Of a stretch of 64,000 bases of DNA, positions 31,274 through 41,043 are shown piece after piece. The notes under the pieces are model-generated. The model saw only the letters and a program-made list of their open reading frames with translations, ran no database searches and was not told the origin of the DNA. This DNA comes from a bacterium. Its GTDB lineage: Bacteria; UBA8248. Where the stretch lies: contig CBDBZU010000004.1 in NCBI GenBank assembly GCA_965213625.1, positions 1,152,001 to 1,216,000 on the forward strand, given 5' to 3'. The translations under genes were made by a program, and so were the position numbers. How positions within the stretch are numbered: the stretch's first letter is position 1; every line of letters begins with the position of its first letter.

Positions 31274-31600
31274 TTGAGCGAAACGAAAAGCGTCAAAGGT
31301 ATATGCGTCCGACTTGAGTTCATCTCCTGGGCGTCGACTTTCGTGGGTGGAGACGGTAACGAGCGCAAGTTTTTCGATGTGAAAGTTCCGGAAGGTGCCA
31401 CGCTTCGAGACGTCCTCAAAAAGATGAGCCGACGCTACAGACCCCTGGATGAGGCGCTTTGGCATAACGGCACTGGCGAGTTGGCCGAGCATCTCGAGAT
31501 TGCCGTAAACGATGCGCTCATGGGGATTCACCACACGCTCGATTCCGAGATGAAAGAGGGCGACCTCGTCCTCTTGATGGGGCAATACATGGGGGGATGA
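31274..31600 (+). CDS. MoaD/ThiS family sulfur-carrier (ubiquitin-like) protein
   Basis: Beta-grasp pattern (GATLRDVL, IAVND, EGDLVLL) with C-terminal Gly-Gly; AGGAG RBS before TTG 31274. Confidence 0.85.
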   Translation: MSETKSVKGICVRLEFISWASTFVGGDGNERKFFDVKVPEGATLRDVLKKMSRRYRPLDEALWHNGTGELAEHLEIAVNDALMGIHHTLDSEMKEGDLVLLMGQYMGG

Positions 31601-31649
31601 GAGGGCAGCGGAATCTGATAACGGCTCTGTTTTCCTGAAAATCTTCTCA

Positions 31650-32114
31650 TCAAAACGGATGATTCGGGTCGAGCATTCCTAAAAATTCAGCGCAGCGTTT
31701 CGCCTCGGCAGATTCTCCAATGGCGGCGGCGCATTGCGCCAAGCCGTGAATGGCGCGTAAAAACGGCTGATTGGCGGGGATTCCCCAGGGGATACGCCCG
31801 TCACCGCGCCAGCCCGAGGCGCGGGCCTTGTCCAGCCCCCTGTGGTAGGCGACCCGAAAATAGGCGTATGCGGTAATCGTCTCTTCGTTTGCAATCGCGA
31901 TTCGCCCCATGGCCACCCAGCCGGATAGGGCGTCCGGGTGGCTCGCCACGAGGCTTTGCAGATTCTCCATGGATGGCCCGCGGTTTTCTTCGCTCGATAT
32001 AATTTCATCGTACAGTGAGTCCAACGCGCCGAATTCTTCCGGTTCGGGTGGAAGTGATGTCATAGGAACACCACCAGAAGAGATGTCGAGCAAATCATCG
32101 GGTTCATTCGCCAT
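31650..32114 (-). CDS. DUF3151-like protein
   Basis: AYAYFRVAYHRGLDKARASGWRGDGRIPWGIPANQPFLRAI...AAAIGESAEAKRC resembles the DUF3151 consensus as I recall it (AYAYARTGYHRGLD..R..GW.G.G..PW....N..FLR). Confidence 0.75.
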   Translation of the reverse strand: MANEPDDLLDISSGGVPMTSLPPEPEEFGALDSLYDEIISSEENRGPSMENLQSLVASHPDALSGWVAMGRIAIANEETITAYAYFRVAYHRGLDKARASGWRGDGRIPWGIPANQPFLRAIHGLAQCAAAIGESAEAKRCAEFLGMLDPNHPF

Positions 32115-32190
32115 GATAAATTCCTTTTCATGAGATTATTGAATGCCATTATAGCTTCTGCAGCATGATGGCACATATGCCTTTTTGATA

Positions 32191-32219
32191 TTGACGTCCC
32201 GAAGTCGGTTTGTTAGCTT
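32191..32219 (+). promoter_or_regulatory. Putative sigma70 promoter for glyA
   Basis: TTGACG (32191-32196), N17, TAGCTT (32214-32219), with a TGn extension. Confidence 0.45.
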
Positions 32220-32279
32220 CGACCCGGTCGAGAAATTCTGTACTATACCCCACGCCTGAAAAACTTGGAGGTTTCATCG

Positions 32280-33536
32280 ATGTCGTCGGCACTTGCGCTG
32301 AGAGATCCCGATATTTTCGCCGCCATGGAAGATGAAAAAGAACGTCAGGCCGATGAACTCGAACTCATCGCTTCGGAGAACTACGTGAGCGAAGCGGTGA
32401 TGGAAGCGGTAGGCGGCGTGATGACGAACAAGTATGCGGAGGGATTTCCGGGAAGGCGCTACTATGGTGGTTGTCAGTTTGTGGATGTAGCCGAGTCACT
32501 CGCCATCGAACGGGCGAAGTCTCTTTTCGGCATGGGTCACGCCTCCGTGCAGCCGCATAGCGGCGCCCAGGCGAACGCCGCGGTGTATTACGGATTGCTG
32601 GAGCCGGGCAATACGATCCTGGGGATGAACCTCTCGCATGGGGGACACCTCACCCACGGCCATCCCGTCACATTCTCGGGTCGTTGGTTCAAGGTCGTGG
32701 CCTATGGGGTCGACCCCGAAAACCATGTCATCGATTTCGACGAAGTGGAAAGCCAGGCGAAAGAACATCGACCCAAAATCATCGTCGTGGGTGCGAGCGC
32801 GTACCCACGAACCATCGACTATGCGCGCTTCAGGGAGATTGCAGATGAGGTAGGTGCCGTGGTGATGGCGGATATCGCCCATGTCGCGGGGCTCATCGCC
32901 GGCGGCGCGCATCCAAATCCGGCGGGGCACGCGCAGATTGTCACGACCACGACGCACAAGACGCTCAGGGGCCCTCGCGGCGGCATGATTCTCTGCGACG
33001 AAGACTACGCGGCCGAGATGAACAAAGCTGTCTTTCCCGGTCTTCAAGGCGGTCCTTTAATGCATGTCGTCGCCGCCAAGGCGGTCGCGTTCAAGGAGGC
33101 GAGCACACCCGAATTCAAGGAATATTCGGCGCAGATTGTGAAAAACGCCAAGGCGCTCGCGGACGCGCTTCTTAAGCGCGGCATCCATCTCGTCTCGGGC
33201 GGTACGGATAACCACCTGATTCTCCTGGATCTGCGTGAATCCGGTTTCAGCGGCAAAAAGGCGGAAGCCGCACTGGGGCAAGCGGGAATTACGGTGAACA
33301 AGAACGCAATTCCTTTCGATACCAGAAAGCCGGCGTTCACGAGCGGAATACGCGTAGGGACGCCCGCATTGACCTCGCGCCACATGAAAGAAGCCGAGAT
33401 GAAAGTCGTGGGAGGCTGGATAGCCGACGTGCTGGCCGACATTAAGGATGAAGCCCGCATCGCCTCGGTGAGGGAAGACGTCAGGTCTCTATGCGAGAAA
33501 TTTCCGATGGGTCCGGATGGAGCCAGGCCGGAGTAA
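32280..33536 (+). CDS. glyA: Serine hydroxymethyltransferase
   Basis: [47 protein letters not shown] (PLP lysine) and SGIRVGTPA. Confidence 0.97.
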   Translation: MSSALALRDPDIFAAMEDEKERQADELELIASENYVSEAVMEAVGGVMTNKYAEGFPGRRYYGGCQFVDVAESLAIERAKSLFGMGHASVQPHSGAQANAAVYYGLLEPGNTILGMNLSHGGHLTHGHPVTFSGRWFKVVAYGVDPENHVIDFDEVESQAKEHRPKIIVVGASAYPRTIDYARFREIADEVGAVVMADIAHVAGLIAGGAHPNPAGHAQIVTTTTHKTLRGPRGGMILCDEDYAAEMNKAVFPGLQGGPLMHVVAAKAVAFKEASTPEFKEYSAQIVKNAKALADALLKRGIHLVSGGTDNHLILLDLRESGFSGKKAEAALGQAGITVNKNAIPFDTRKPAFTSGIRVGTPALTSRHMKEAEMKVVGGWIADVLADIKDEARIASVREDVRSLCEKFPMGPDGARPE

Positions 33537-33550
33537 TCAGGCATTCCACG

Positions 33551-34963
33551 CTAGAGAGGCGGCTTTTCGACTTTCACCACACCATTTTTTTCCAACTGAT
33601 GCACAAACGCCAGCGTATGGTGATCCGCAAAAGGCGCGCCCATGATTTGCGCACCAAGCGGCAGGCCCTCCTTGCTCATGCCTGAGGGAAACGCCGTGGA
33701 CGGCCCGCCAAGGAAATTCCAAAGTCTCGTCAAAGAGATCATGAGTGTTCGAATTTCGACTTCTTTGCCCCGAACCGTTCCGGTGGATTGAGAACGCAAA
33801 GCGGCGGGAATCGGCGTGGCTGCGGAAAGAACGAGGTCTACCTCACCGTACACTTCCTTGCATATGCGTTTCGTCCACTGTTCTCTGAATCGAAGCGCCT
33901 GGATATATGATGTGGCGGGAATGAAAAAGCCGGGTCTGATTCTCTCAAGGACCGCAGGGTCAAAATCTTGCGCATGGTTTCGTATGTTGTTCTCGTGTAC
34001 GGCCGCAGCTTCGGATACCATCAGCACGGCAGCCGCATGAAACGCGGTTTCGACGTCGGGTATTTCGACATCGACAACCTCGGCCCCTAGTTCCCGAATC
34101 GCCTTGGCAAGATTGTTCACCGCATCCGCCACTGGCGGTTCAGAGCGTTGTTCATAGTAATCACGCGCAAGACCGATGCGAAATTCTTTAAGTGGTTTAT
34201 TCAGAGCGTCCATGAAATCGGGCGTATCGCCGGCGATGGATGAAGCGTCGTCCGGGTCGTGTCCTGCAATGGCGGACATCATGATCGCGCAATCCTGAGC
34301 AGATCTGGCCAATGGCCCGAAAGAATCAAGCGACCACGATAGCGGCGCGCAGTTTGATTTCGTGACGAGGCCATGCGTGGGCTTGTGCCCGATGACCCCG
34401 CATAAGGATGCAGGAATCCGAATCGACCCACCCGTATCGGAACCAATGGCGATGGAAACCTGTCCCGTTGCCACGCTGTTTCCTGAACCGCCGCTTGAGC
34501 CTCCTGTGACCCGCTCGGTATCCCAGGGATTTTTCTGATCGCCGTAATGGGGGTTGTGTCCGGTGGGGCCAAAAGCGTATTCATGCAAGTTGAGTTTCCC
34601 GAGAATCACGCCCCCTGCCTGTCGTATCTTCCGAGTTAGCAGGGCATCCTCGTCCGCAATTTTATCTTTGTCGATAATGCTGCCCGCCGTGGTGGGCAGG
34701 CCTTTCATGTCAATCAAGTCTTTCAGGCCTATCGGCGCACCGGCCATGGGCCCCGGGTCGTCGCCCCGGGCGATGGCAGCGTCCACTTCTTGCGCCGACT
34801 TTAGGGCGCCCTCTGGATCAAGCTTGATCCAGGAGTTTAAACCTGCGCCGATTTTCCTCGAATGTTCCAGATACACCTCGGTGACTGCGGCAGCGCTGAT
34901 TGTTCTTTCTTTGATTTGTGCGACGATTTCCGCAGCTGTGAGGTTCGTGAGGTTGTTCGTCAA
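33551..34963 (-). CDS. Amidase signature family enzyme (GatA/AtzE-like)
   Basis: Ser-cisSer-Lys triad motifs GLKDLID, GGSSGGS and IGSDTGGSIRIPAS. TTG 34963 has a GGGAG RBS. Confidence 0.9.
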   Translation of the reverse strand: MTNNLTNLTAAEIVAQIKERTISAAAVTEVYLEHSRKIGAGLNSWIKLDPEGALKSAQEVDAAIARGDDPGPMAGAPIGLKDLIDMKGLPTTAGSIIDKDKIADEDALLTRKIRQAGGVILGKLNLHEYAFGPTGHNPHYGDQKNPWDTERVTGGSSGGSGNSVATGQVSIAIGSDTGGSIRIPASLCGVIGHKPTHGLVTKSNCAPLSWSLDSFGPLARSAQDCAIMMSAIAGHDPDDASSIAGDTPDFMDALNKPLKEFRIGLARDYYEQRSEPPVADAVNNLAKAIRELGAEVVDVEIPDVETAFHAAAVLMVSEAAAVHENNIRNHAQDFDPAVLERIRPGFFIPATSYIQALRFREQWTKRICKEVYGEVDLVLSAATPIPAALRSQSTGTVRGKEVEIRTLMISLTRLWNFLGGPSTAFPSGMSKEGLPLGAQIMGAPFADHHTLAFVHQLEKNGVVKVEKPPL

Positions 34964-34964
34964 T

Positions 34965-35165
34965 TTATTTCTCCCTCGCGAGGGAGCGCAGGATTCCGGC
35001 GTGCCCTCCAGGCTCTGTTTTTGGCGCAAGGTGTTCCCGTAATTGAGAATGTCCTTTCTCCATATTTTCCATTGTGGCGATAATGACGGCGCGTCGTTCG
35101 GTATCGAGGGAGTCTGTAAATACATCCTCACATCGAGATTTTAACGAATCGTCTGAAATCGGCAT
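34965..35165 (-). CDS. Small (66 aa) hypothetical protein, possible amidase partner subunit
   Basis: AGGAG RBS upstream of ATG 35165; its stop is 1 nt from the amidase start; helical-looking sequence ending in a ..TEP.. motif reminiscent of GatC/AtzG-type partners. Confidence 0.55.
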   Translation of the reverse strand: MPISDDSLKSRCEDVFTDSLDTERRAVIIATMENMEKGHSQLREHLAPKTEPGGHAGILRSLAREK

Positions 35166-35397
35166 TTTTTCTCCTGAAAATCGTGGCTTATGGCAACATT
35201 TGATGATGTGGTGATTTGTTCGTGAATGGACACATGATGCGATTTCTCAAATGGCATTGCAATCGAAAGAGCTGAATATCATCGATATTAGTTTGAGAGT
35301 ATTAGGAAGGTTTTCATTTTATTCATGGTTGCCTACATGCAAGTCAAAAGGCAAAATAGAGAGTGTATTAGTTTTACTTCGCCCTCCAGGGGAATTC

Positions 35398-36045
35398 GTG
35401 AGTAAATTCATCAGGCTCATCTTAATCATCTCGTTTTTGCCTGTATGGGTAAATGGATGTGTGCCTGCGGCGGTTATAGTCGCCCAGAAGGGTATAAAGA
35501 GCGCCTTTGAGGATCGCTCTCTCAACCAGCAGCTTGAAGATGCGAAAATACATGCGAATTTGCTGCAAGAGTATTTGCGCGTGGATAGTGGTTTGCCTGT
35601 CGATGTGAATACGGACGTGTGGGAAGGTAGGGTTTTGCTGACCGGCGTGGTGGATGTGGAGAGAAAAATAGAGGCTGTTTTAAGTATTGCGCGGGGCGAC
35701 CCTAGAATCAAAGCAATTTATAATCACATTGTTCTCGGCTCCTCGGCCGAGGTCGAACGCAACCGCGAGGCGGCGAAGACGAAACCAGCCGTGGAGCGCG
35801 ACATCGTCAAGGTTAGCCGAATTGCCAGCGATGCTTGGATAGAAGCGAAGCTCAAGGGCCAATTTTTAGCGACCCAGGGTGTTAATTCCGTGAATTACCG
35901 CTGGCAGTCCGTGCGTAACAAGCTCTATATCATCGGTCAGGCCAGAACGGAGTCCGAAAAAAAACTGGTTCTTCAGATTATTCGCGGGACAAAGGGTGTG
36001 ATTCATATCGAAGAATATATTCAAGTAAAACCGATTCAAAAGTAA
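35398..36045 (+). CDS. Dual BON domain lipoprotein (DolP/YraP/OsmY-like)
   Basis: Lipobox-like VNGC, EDRS...EDAKI, EGRVLLTG, and SDAWIEAKLK (second BON domain). Confidence 0.85.
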   Translation: MSKFIRLILIISFLPVWVNGCVPAAVIVAQKGIKSAFEDRSLNQQLEDAKIHANLLQEYLRVDSGLPVDVNTDVWEGRVLLTGVVDVERKIEAVLSIARGDPRIKAIYNHIVLGSSAEVERNREAAKTKPAVERDIVKVSRIASDAWIEAKLKGQFLATQGVNSVNYRWQSVRNKLYIIGQARTESEKKLVLQIIRGTKGVIHIEEYIQVKPIQK

Positions 36046-36085
36046 AGTTTCTGAAGAATTCTCCTTTCAAGTGGTTCTCGAATAG

Positions 36086-37099
36086 ATGATACGTTTGAGT
36101 GTTTTGGATCAATCTCCCATTCGCTCGGGAGGAACGGCGGCTGACGCCATCAACGAGACCGTCCAGTTGGCGCTAGCCGCTGAGCGCCTGGGCTATCATC
36201 GTTACTGGTTGGCGGAACATCACAGCCACGGGGCGTTCGCGGGCACATCGCCCGAAGTTTTAATCGGCCGGATCGCCGCAACAACAGAGACAATTCGCGT
36301 GGGATCTGGTGGGGTCATGCTCAGTCACTACAGCGCGCTCAAGGTAGCCGAATCATTCCGGGTGCTGGAGACTCTCTATCCGGGTCGCATCGATTTGGGT
36401 TTGGGCCGCGCCCCGGGGGCCGACAGGCTCACATCTGCGGCTTTGGCGCCAGAGCAGAGTGGTTTTCGCTACGATGATTTCCCGCAAAAAGTTTCCGACC
36501 TTAGGGGTTGGGTTGAAGGGTCGTTGCCTGAAGAACATCCCTTCGCCCGAATAAGCGCCATGCCTACAGGCATGACGGCGCCCGAAATGTGGCTCCTCGG
36601 AACTTCGGATCAAAGCGCGATTCTCGCTGCTCATTTTGGTTGTGCTTTTTCTTTCGCGCATTTCATAAACACCTATGGCAGCGTCCAGGTGATGGATATG
36701 TACCGTAGGGAATTTCGTCCATCGGTCAAATGCAAGGAGCCCGCGGGAAGTCTTGCGGTTTTTGTGATCTGCGCAACCACTGAAGAAGAAGCGCTCTACC
36801 ATGCGTCCAGCAGGCCTCTGGTAATGCTCAGAAGCCGCCGTGGCGAGGGGGGCGGTGTGCCTACACCCGAGGAGGCGCTCGCCTACCCGTGGACGAACAT
36901 GGAGCGCGCTTTTGCTGAAGATATCGACAGCAGAACCATCGCGGGGGATCCGGAACAAGTTAAGAAAAGGCTCGAAACCTTGGCATCCGAGCACAAAGTC
37001 TCGGAGCTCGTTATCGTGAACGTGATGCACAGTTTCGAGGCCAGGGTGAAATCCTATGAGCTTTTGGCTGAGATTTTCGAACTGAAAGGAAACCCGTAA
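36086..37099 (+). CDS. Luciferase-like (LLM class) flavin-dependent oxidoreductase, YhbW-like
   Basis: LSVLDQSP, GYHRYWLAEHH, IRVGSGGVML, PGRIDLGLGRAPG and FAHFIN. Confidence 0.92.
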   Translation: MIRLSVLDQSPIRSGGTAADAINETVQLALAAERLGYHRYWLAEHHSHGAFAGTSPEVLIGRIAATTETIRVGSGGVMLSHYSALKVAESFRVLETLYPGRIDLGLGRAPGADRLTSAALAPEQSGFRYDDFPQKVSDLRGWVEGSLPEEHPFARISAMPTGMTAPEMWLLGTSDQSAILAAHFGCAFSFAHFINTYGSVQVMDMYRREFRPSVKCKEPAGSLAVFVICATTEEEALYHASSRPLVMLRSRRGEGGGVPTPEEALAYPWTNMERAFAEDIDSRTIAGDPEQVKKRLETLASEHKVSELVIVNVMHSFEARVKSYELLAEIFELKGNP

Positions 37100-37218
37100 T
37101 GGTTTAGACCCGAATGGATGGTTCTGATACTCTTCGCCGTCGACCTTGAGGTTCACATCTGGTGCATTTATGAGTGACGATGTGTTTTGCGTCCACCAAT
37201 ATTTCAAAGGAGTAATTC

Positions 37219-37716
37219 ATGGCGCTTTCCGCTGTATTAACGACCAGCCGGGGTGAGATACGGCTTGATTTACATGAGGATAAAACCCCGGTGACGGTGG
37301 CCAGCTTTGTGAATCTCGCCAAACGGGGTTTCTACGATGGCCTTATTTTTCACCGTGTGATCTCTGATTTCATGATTCAGGGCGGCTGCCCTTTGGGCGC
37401 TGGAACGGGTGGACCCGGCTATCAGTTCGAGGATGAATGCTCCCCCGATCTTCCCCATGACGGTCCCGGTGTTCTTTCGATGGCGAATGCAGGCCCAGGT
37501 ACGAATGGATCTCAGTTTTTCATCACCCATGTGCCGACCGCCTGGCTTGATGGAAATCATACTGTTTTTGGACGTGTCACTTCGGGTCAAGACGTGGTGG
37601 ATGCGATTGAGCAGGGTGATGGAATTGAGAAAATCGAGATCGAGGGTGACACCTCCGAGTTGCTTGCAGCGCAAAAAGACAGAATTGCAGAATGGAACAA
37701 GGTGCTGGACAGTTAG
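37219..37716 (+). CDS. Cyclophilin-type peptidyl-prolyl cis-trans isomerase
   Basis: [40 protein letters not shown] and [10 protein letters not shown]. Confidence 0.95.
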   Translation: MALSAVLTTSRGEIRLDLHEDKTPVTVASFVNLAKRGFYDGLIFHRVISDFMIQGGCPLGAGTGGPGYQFEDECSPDLPHDGPGVLSMANAGPGTNGSQFFITHVPTAWLDGNHTVFGRVTSGQDVVDAIEQGDGIEKIEIEGDTSELLAAQKDRIAEWNKVLDS

Positions 37717-37719
37717 AGA

Positions 37720-39525
37720 TTAAGCGTGTTTTCTGGCCTTTAGTTCCGTTTTACGCAACCGAAAGATTTCGGGTGTTACTTCCAGGCATTCGCCCTCGCG
37801 CAGAAATTCGAGCGCTTCTTCCAGGCTGAACCGCTTGGGCGGTATGAGTTGAGCCGATATGTCGGCATGAGCGGCCCGAATGTTGGTGAGTTTCTTCTCT
37901 TTCGAAATGTTCACGAACATGTCCTGTTCTCGGCTGTTTTCTCCTATGATCATTCCTTCATAGACTTCTTCCGTCGGCGCGACGAAGAGGGTTCCGCGCT
38001 CTTGAATGTTTTCCACTGCATATGATGTGGTTTTGCCCGCGCGGTCAGAAATCAAGGCGCCCGTCGATCTGCCCGGAAGATCGCCCGCCCATTCACTCCA
38101 TCCGGCGAAAATGTGAGTGAGAATTCCCGTTCCCCGTGTCTGGGTGAGGAAATCGTTACGATATCCGATGAGACCCCGGCTGGGAATGTTAAACTCGAGC
38201 CGCGCGCGTCCTTTGCCATGGTTGATCATTTTGGTCATTTTCCCTTTGCGTGCGCCCAAGCCCTGTGTGATGGCCCCGATGAATTCTTCCGGAATATCCA
38301 CCACCACGTTTTCCATGGGCTCCATGATTTTGCCGTCTTGTTTGCGCGTAATGACTTCAGGTCGGCCGACGGTGAGTTCGTATTTCTCGCGCCTGAGTTG
38401 CTCGATCAGTACGGCGAGTTGCAAAGAACCACGTCCGGACACGCGCAAGGCATCCGCAGAACTGGTTTCCTCGACTTTGATGGCCACATTGTTTCTGGCT
38501 TCTCTCAGGAGCCTTTCTCGAATCTGGCGCGAGGTGAGGTATTTACCGCTACGACCCGCCAGAGGAGTATCGTTAATTCTGAAATTCATGGCGATGGTGG
38601 GTTCATCTACGGTAATGGCGGGCAACGCAACTGGGTTGTCTACATCCGCAATGGTGTCTCCAATTTCAACGTGCTCCAAACCGGCCACGGCCACGATATC
38701 GCCTCCATGCGCTTCTTCTATCTGGTAGCGGCTCAATCCTTCATAGCCGAACAATGAGGCGATCTCCCCTTTATTCTGGTTCCCATTTGGCCCCAAAACC
38801 AAGGCCTGGGTCTTTGTATTTAGTTGCCCATTCCAAATTCGGCCAATGGAAAGACGGCCCACGTAATTGTCGTATTCGAGGCGGGAGACGAGCATCTGAA
38901 GTGGTTTGTCTGCGTCATATGAGGGTGGTGGTATCGTGTTCTGAAGTGTATTGAACAAGGATTCCAATGTGGGAGAAAGGGTATCGGGCTCGAGACCGGC
39001 CTTACCCTCTCGGGCGATGGCGTAGAGTACGGGAAAATCAAGCTGGGTTTCCCCGGCATCCAGATCGATGAACAGATCATAGATTTCGTCAAGAACTTGT
39101 TCTGGTCTTGCATCTGGGCGGTCGATTTTATTGATAACCACTACGAAGGGGAGCTTCCGCTCCAGGGCCTTGTTGACCACGAACCGCGTTTGCGGCAGAG
39201 GGCCTTCCGAAGCGTCGACCAAAAGCATCACACCATCCACCATGGAGAGAACGCGCTCCACCTCGCCACCGAAATCTGCATGCCCCGGTGTATCCACGAT
39301 GTTGTAGCGAATTCCCTTGAAATCGATGGCGCAGTTTTTCGCCATGATGGTGATTCCCTTCTCCCGCTCGAGATCCATCGAATCAAGAACGCGCTCGGCC
39401 ACGTCTTGCCCTTCGCGGAAGATCCCGCTTTGCCAGAGCATGGAATCCACAAGAGTGGTTTTGCCGTGATCAACGTGAGCAATGATGGCGAGATTTCTCA
39501 GGTCGGTTCGTTCCATGATAGCCAT
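37720..39525 (-). CDS. typA: Translational GTPase TypA/BipA
   Basis: [48 protein letters not shown] and EVTP..RLRK. Confidence 0.97.
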   Translation of the reverse strand: MAIMERTDLRNLAIIAHVDHGKTTLVDSMLWQSGIFREGQDVAERVLDSMDLEREKGITIMAKNCAIDFKGIRYNIVDTPGHADFGGEVERVLSMVDGVMLLVDASEGPLPQTRFVVNKALERKLPFVVVINKIDRPDARPEQVLDEIYDLFIDLDAGETQLDFPVLYAIAREGKAGLEPDTLSPTLESLFNTLQNTIPPPSYDADKPLQMLVSRLEYDNYVGRLSIGRIWNGQLNTKTQALVLGPNGNQNKGEIASLFGYEGLSRYQIEEAHGGDIVAVAGLEHVEIGDTIADVDNPVALPAITVDEPTIAMNFRINDTPLAGRSGKYLTSRQIRERLLREARNNVAIKVEETSSADALRVSGRGSLQLAVLIEQLRREKYELTVGRPEVITRKQDGKIMEPMENVVVDIPEEFIGAITQGLGARKGKMTKMINHGKGRARLEFNIPSRGLIGYRNDFLTQTRGTGILTHIFAGWSEWAGDLPGRSTGALISDRAGKTTSYAVENIQERGTLFVAPTEEVYEGMIIGENSREQDMFVNISKEKKLTNIRAAHADISAQLIPPKRFSLEEALEFLREGECLEVTPEIFRLRKTELKARKHA

Positions 39526-39718
39526 TTGATTCTCTCTTCAAGTTTCGCAATATCCAGTAAGCGCCCAAAGCGCGGGGATAATGGAGTAATTGGAAGATAA
39601 TAACAAGAGAAGAAAGGTTCTAATTTTAATTGTAGGATGCTGGAAATTCATAAATAGGATATTATGACCTGATGGATTCCTGATTTTCCTGTTTACACTT
39701 CAATGGGGGAAACTCGCC

Positions 39719-40924
39719 GTGAAATTTTCTTTTTTCATGATGCCGATTCACCACCCCTCTGAAAATCCATCGCTTGCCTACCAGCGTGACATATCGCTCA
39801 TCGAATATGCCGACGAACTCGACTTTGATGAATTCTATATCGGGGAACACCATTCCGGTGGTTGGGAGACGATACCGGCACCGGAGATGGCTCTTGCCAT
39901 GGCTGCGGCCAAGGCGAAGCGAATTCGTTTGGGCACTTCCGTGATCAGTGTTCCTTTCCATCATCCGTTTCATTTGGCGGAGCGAATGGCGTTTCTGGAC
40001 CAACTAACCAGAGGACGCGTCATTTTCGGTGTGGGACCGAGCAATTTGGTGAGTGACATCAAGTTGTTTGACATCCCACCGGGCGATCTGCGTCCGATGC
40101 TGAACGAATCGGTGGATATCATGGTCAAACTCCTGGAATCTCCTGAACCTTTTGATTACGAGGGCCGGTTCTGGAAGTTGAGAAATGTGTGTCTCCAGGT
40201 GCGCTCCTACCAAAAGCCCAGAATGCCGTTCGCCATCGCATCGGCGGGAAGCCGTGGGGCAATCGATATGGCTGCTCGATATGAAATGATTTTGCTTTCC
40301 TTCGGTGGCAAGAAAATCATGGAAAACCTTCCGCTCTCTGAGCAATGGCCCTACATGGAGGAATGTGCGCGAAAATACGGCACGCAAGTATCGCGCGAGA
40401 ACTGGAGAATCACCACGTACGTACATCTTGCCGAGAGCCGAGAGAAAGCCTGGGCCGATATCGAAAAGTATGCCCTCCGAGATATGAATTACTTTATGGA
40501 TATTGGCTTGAAGCCTGCTTATGAGGCATACCCCGACCAGCCGCGCTCTGAAATCACACCAAAAACAGCCGCAGAGCAAAGATACTGGATAGTTGGCACA
40601 CCTGAAGACGCGATTGAGACAATCGAGAAAATACAGGAGGAATCAGGAGGATTCGGTGGACTCATGCTTACGACTCATGAGTGGGTGAACGATCAGAAAA
40701 TAAGAAACTCACTCGAATTGTTTGCGCGATATGTGATGCCACATTTCCGGGGGCATGCAAAGGATTTCCAAAACGAGTGGCGAAGACTACAAAAGGATGT
40801 TGCGCAAGGCGAGATGCCTTCTCCCGGGGGAACTCCTTCATGGGAGACACCTGGGTTCGAAGCACACAGGAGCAATTTGTTCACCTATACACCGGAGAGC
40901 GGGAATTTTCCGAAAGAGAACTGA
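39719..40924 (+). CDS. Luciferase-like (LLM class) flavin monooxygenase, limonene monooxygenase-like group
   Basis: FFMMPIHH, FDEFYIGEHHSGGWE, IRLGTSVISVPFHHPF and ELFARYVMPHF. Confidence 0.88.
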   Translation: MKFSFFMMPIHHPSENPSLAYQRDISLIEYADELDFDEFYIGEHHSGGWETIPAPEMALAMAAAKAKRIRLGTSVISVPFHHPFHLAERMAFLDQLTRGRVIFGVGPSNLVSDIKLFDIPPGDLRPMLNESVDIMVKLLESPEPFDYEGRFWKLRNVCLQVRSYQKPRMPFAIASAGSRGAIDMAARYEMILLSFGGKKIMENLPLSEQWPYMEECARKYGTQVSRENWRITTYVHLAESREKAWADIEKYALRDMNYFMDIGLKPAYEAYPDQPRSEITPKTAAEQRYWIVGTPEDAIETIEKIQEESGGFGGLMLTTHEWVNDQKIRNSLELFARYVMPHFRGHAKDFQNEWRRLQKDVAQGEMPSPGGTPSWETPGFEAHRSNLFTYTPESGNFPKEN

Positions 40925-41043
40925 TGAGAGAAACGAAAATGGGGTAGGAACTTTGCTCTCAATATAGTCGTACAGACGGCATGTTCTCTTAGATTGCATA
41001 TGGAAGAATTTATAAATGCAATGTCAAAATGGAGGTGTTGAGT

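Noticed and set aside
37100-37218. Minus-strand peptide VNLKVDGEEYQ in the LLM-cyclophilin gap, resembling a gene remnant
   Set aside because: Too short to assign, and it continues as an antisense ORF over the LLM gene.
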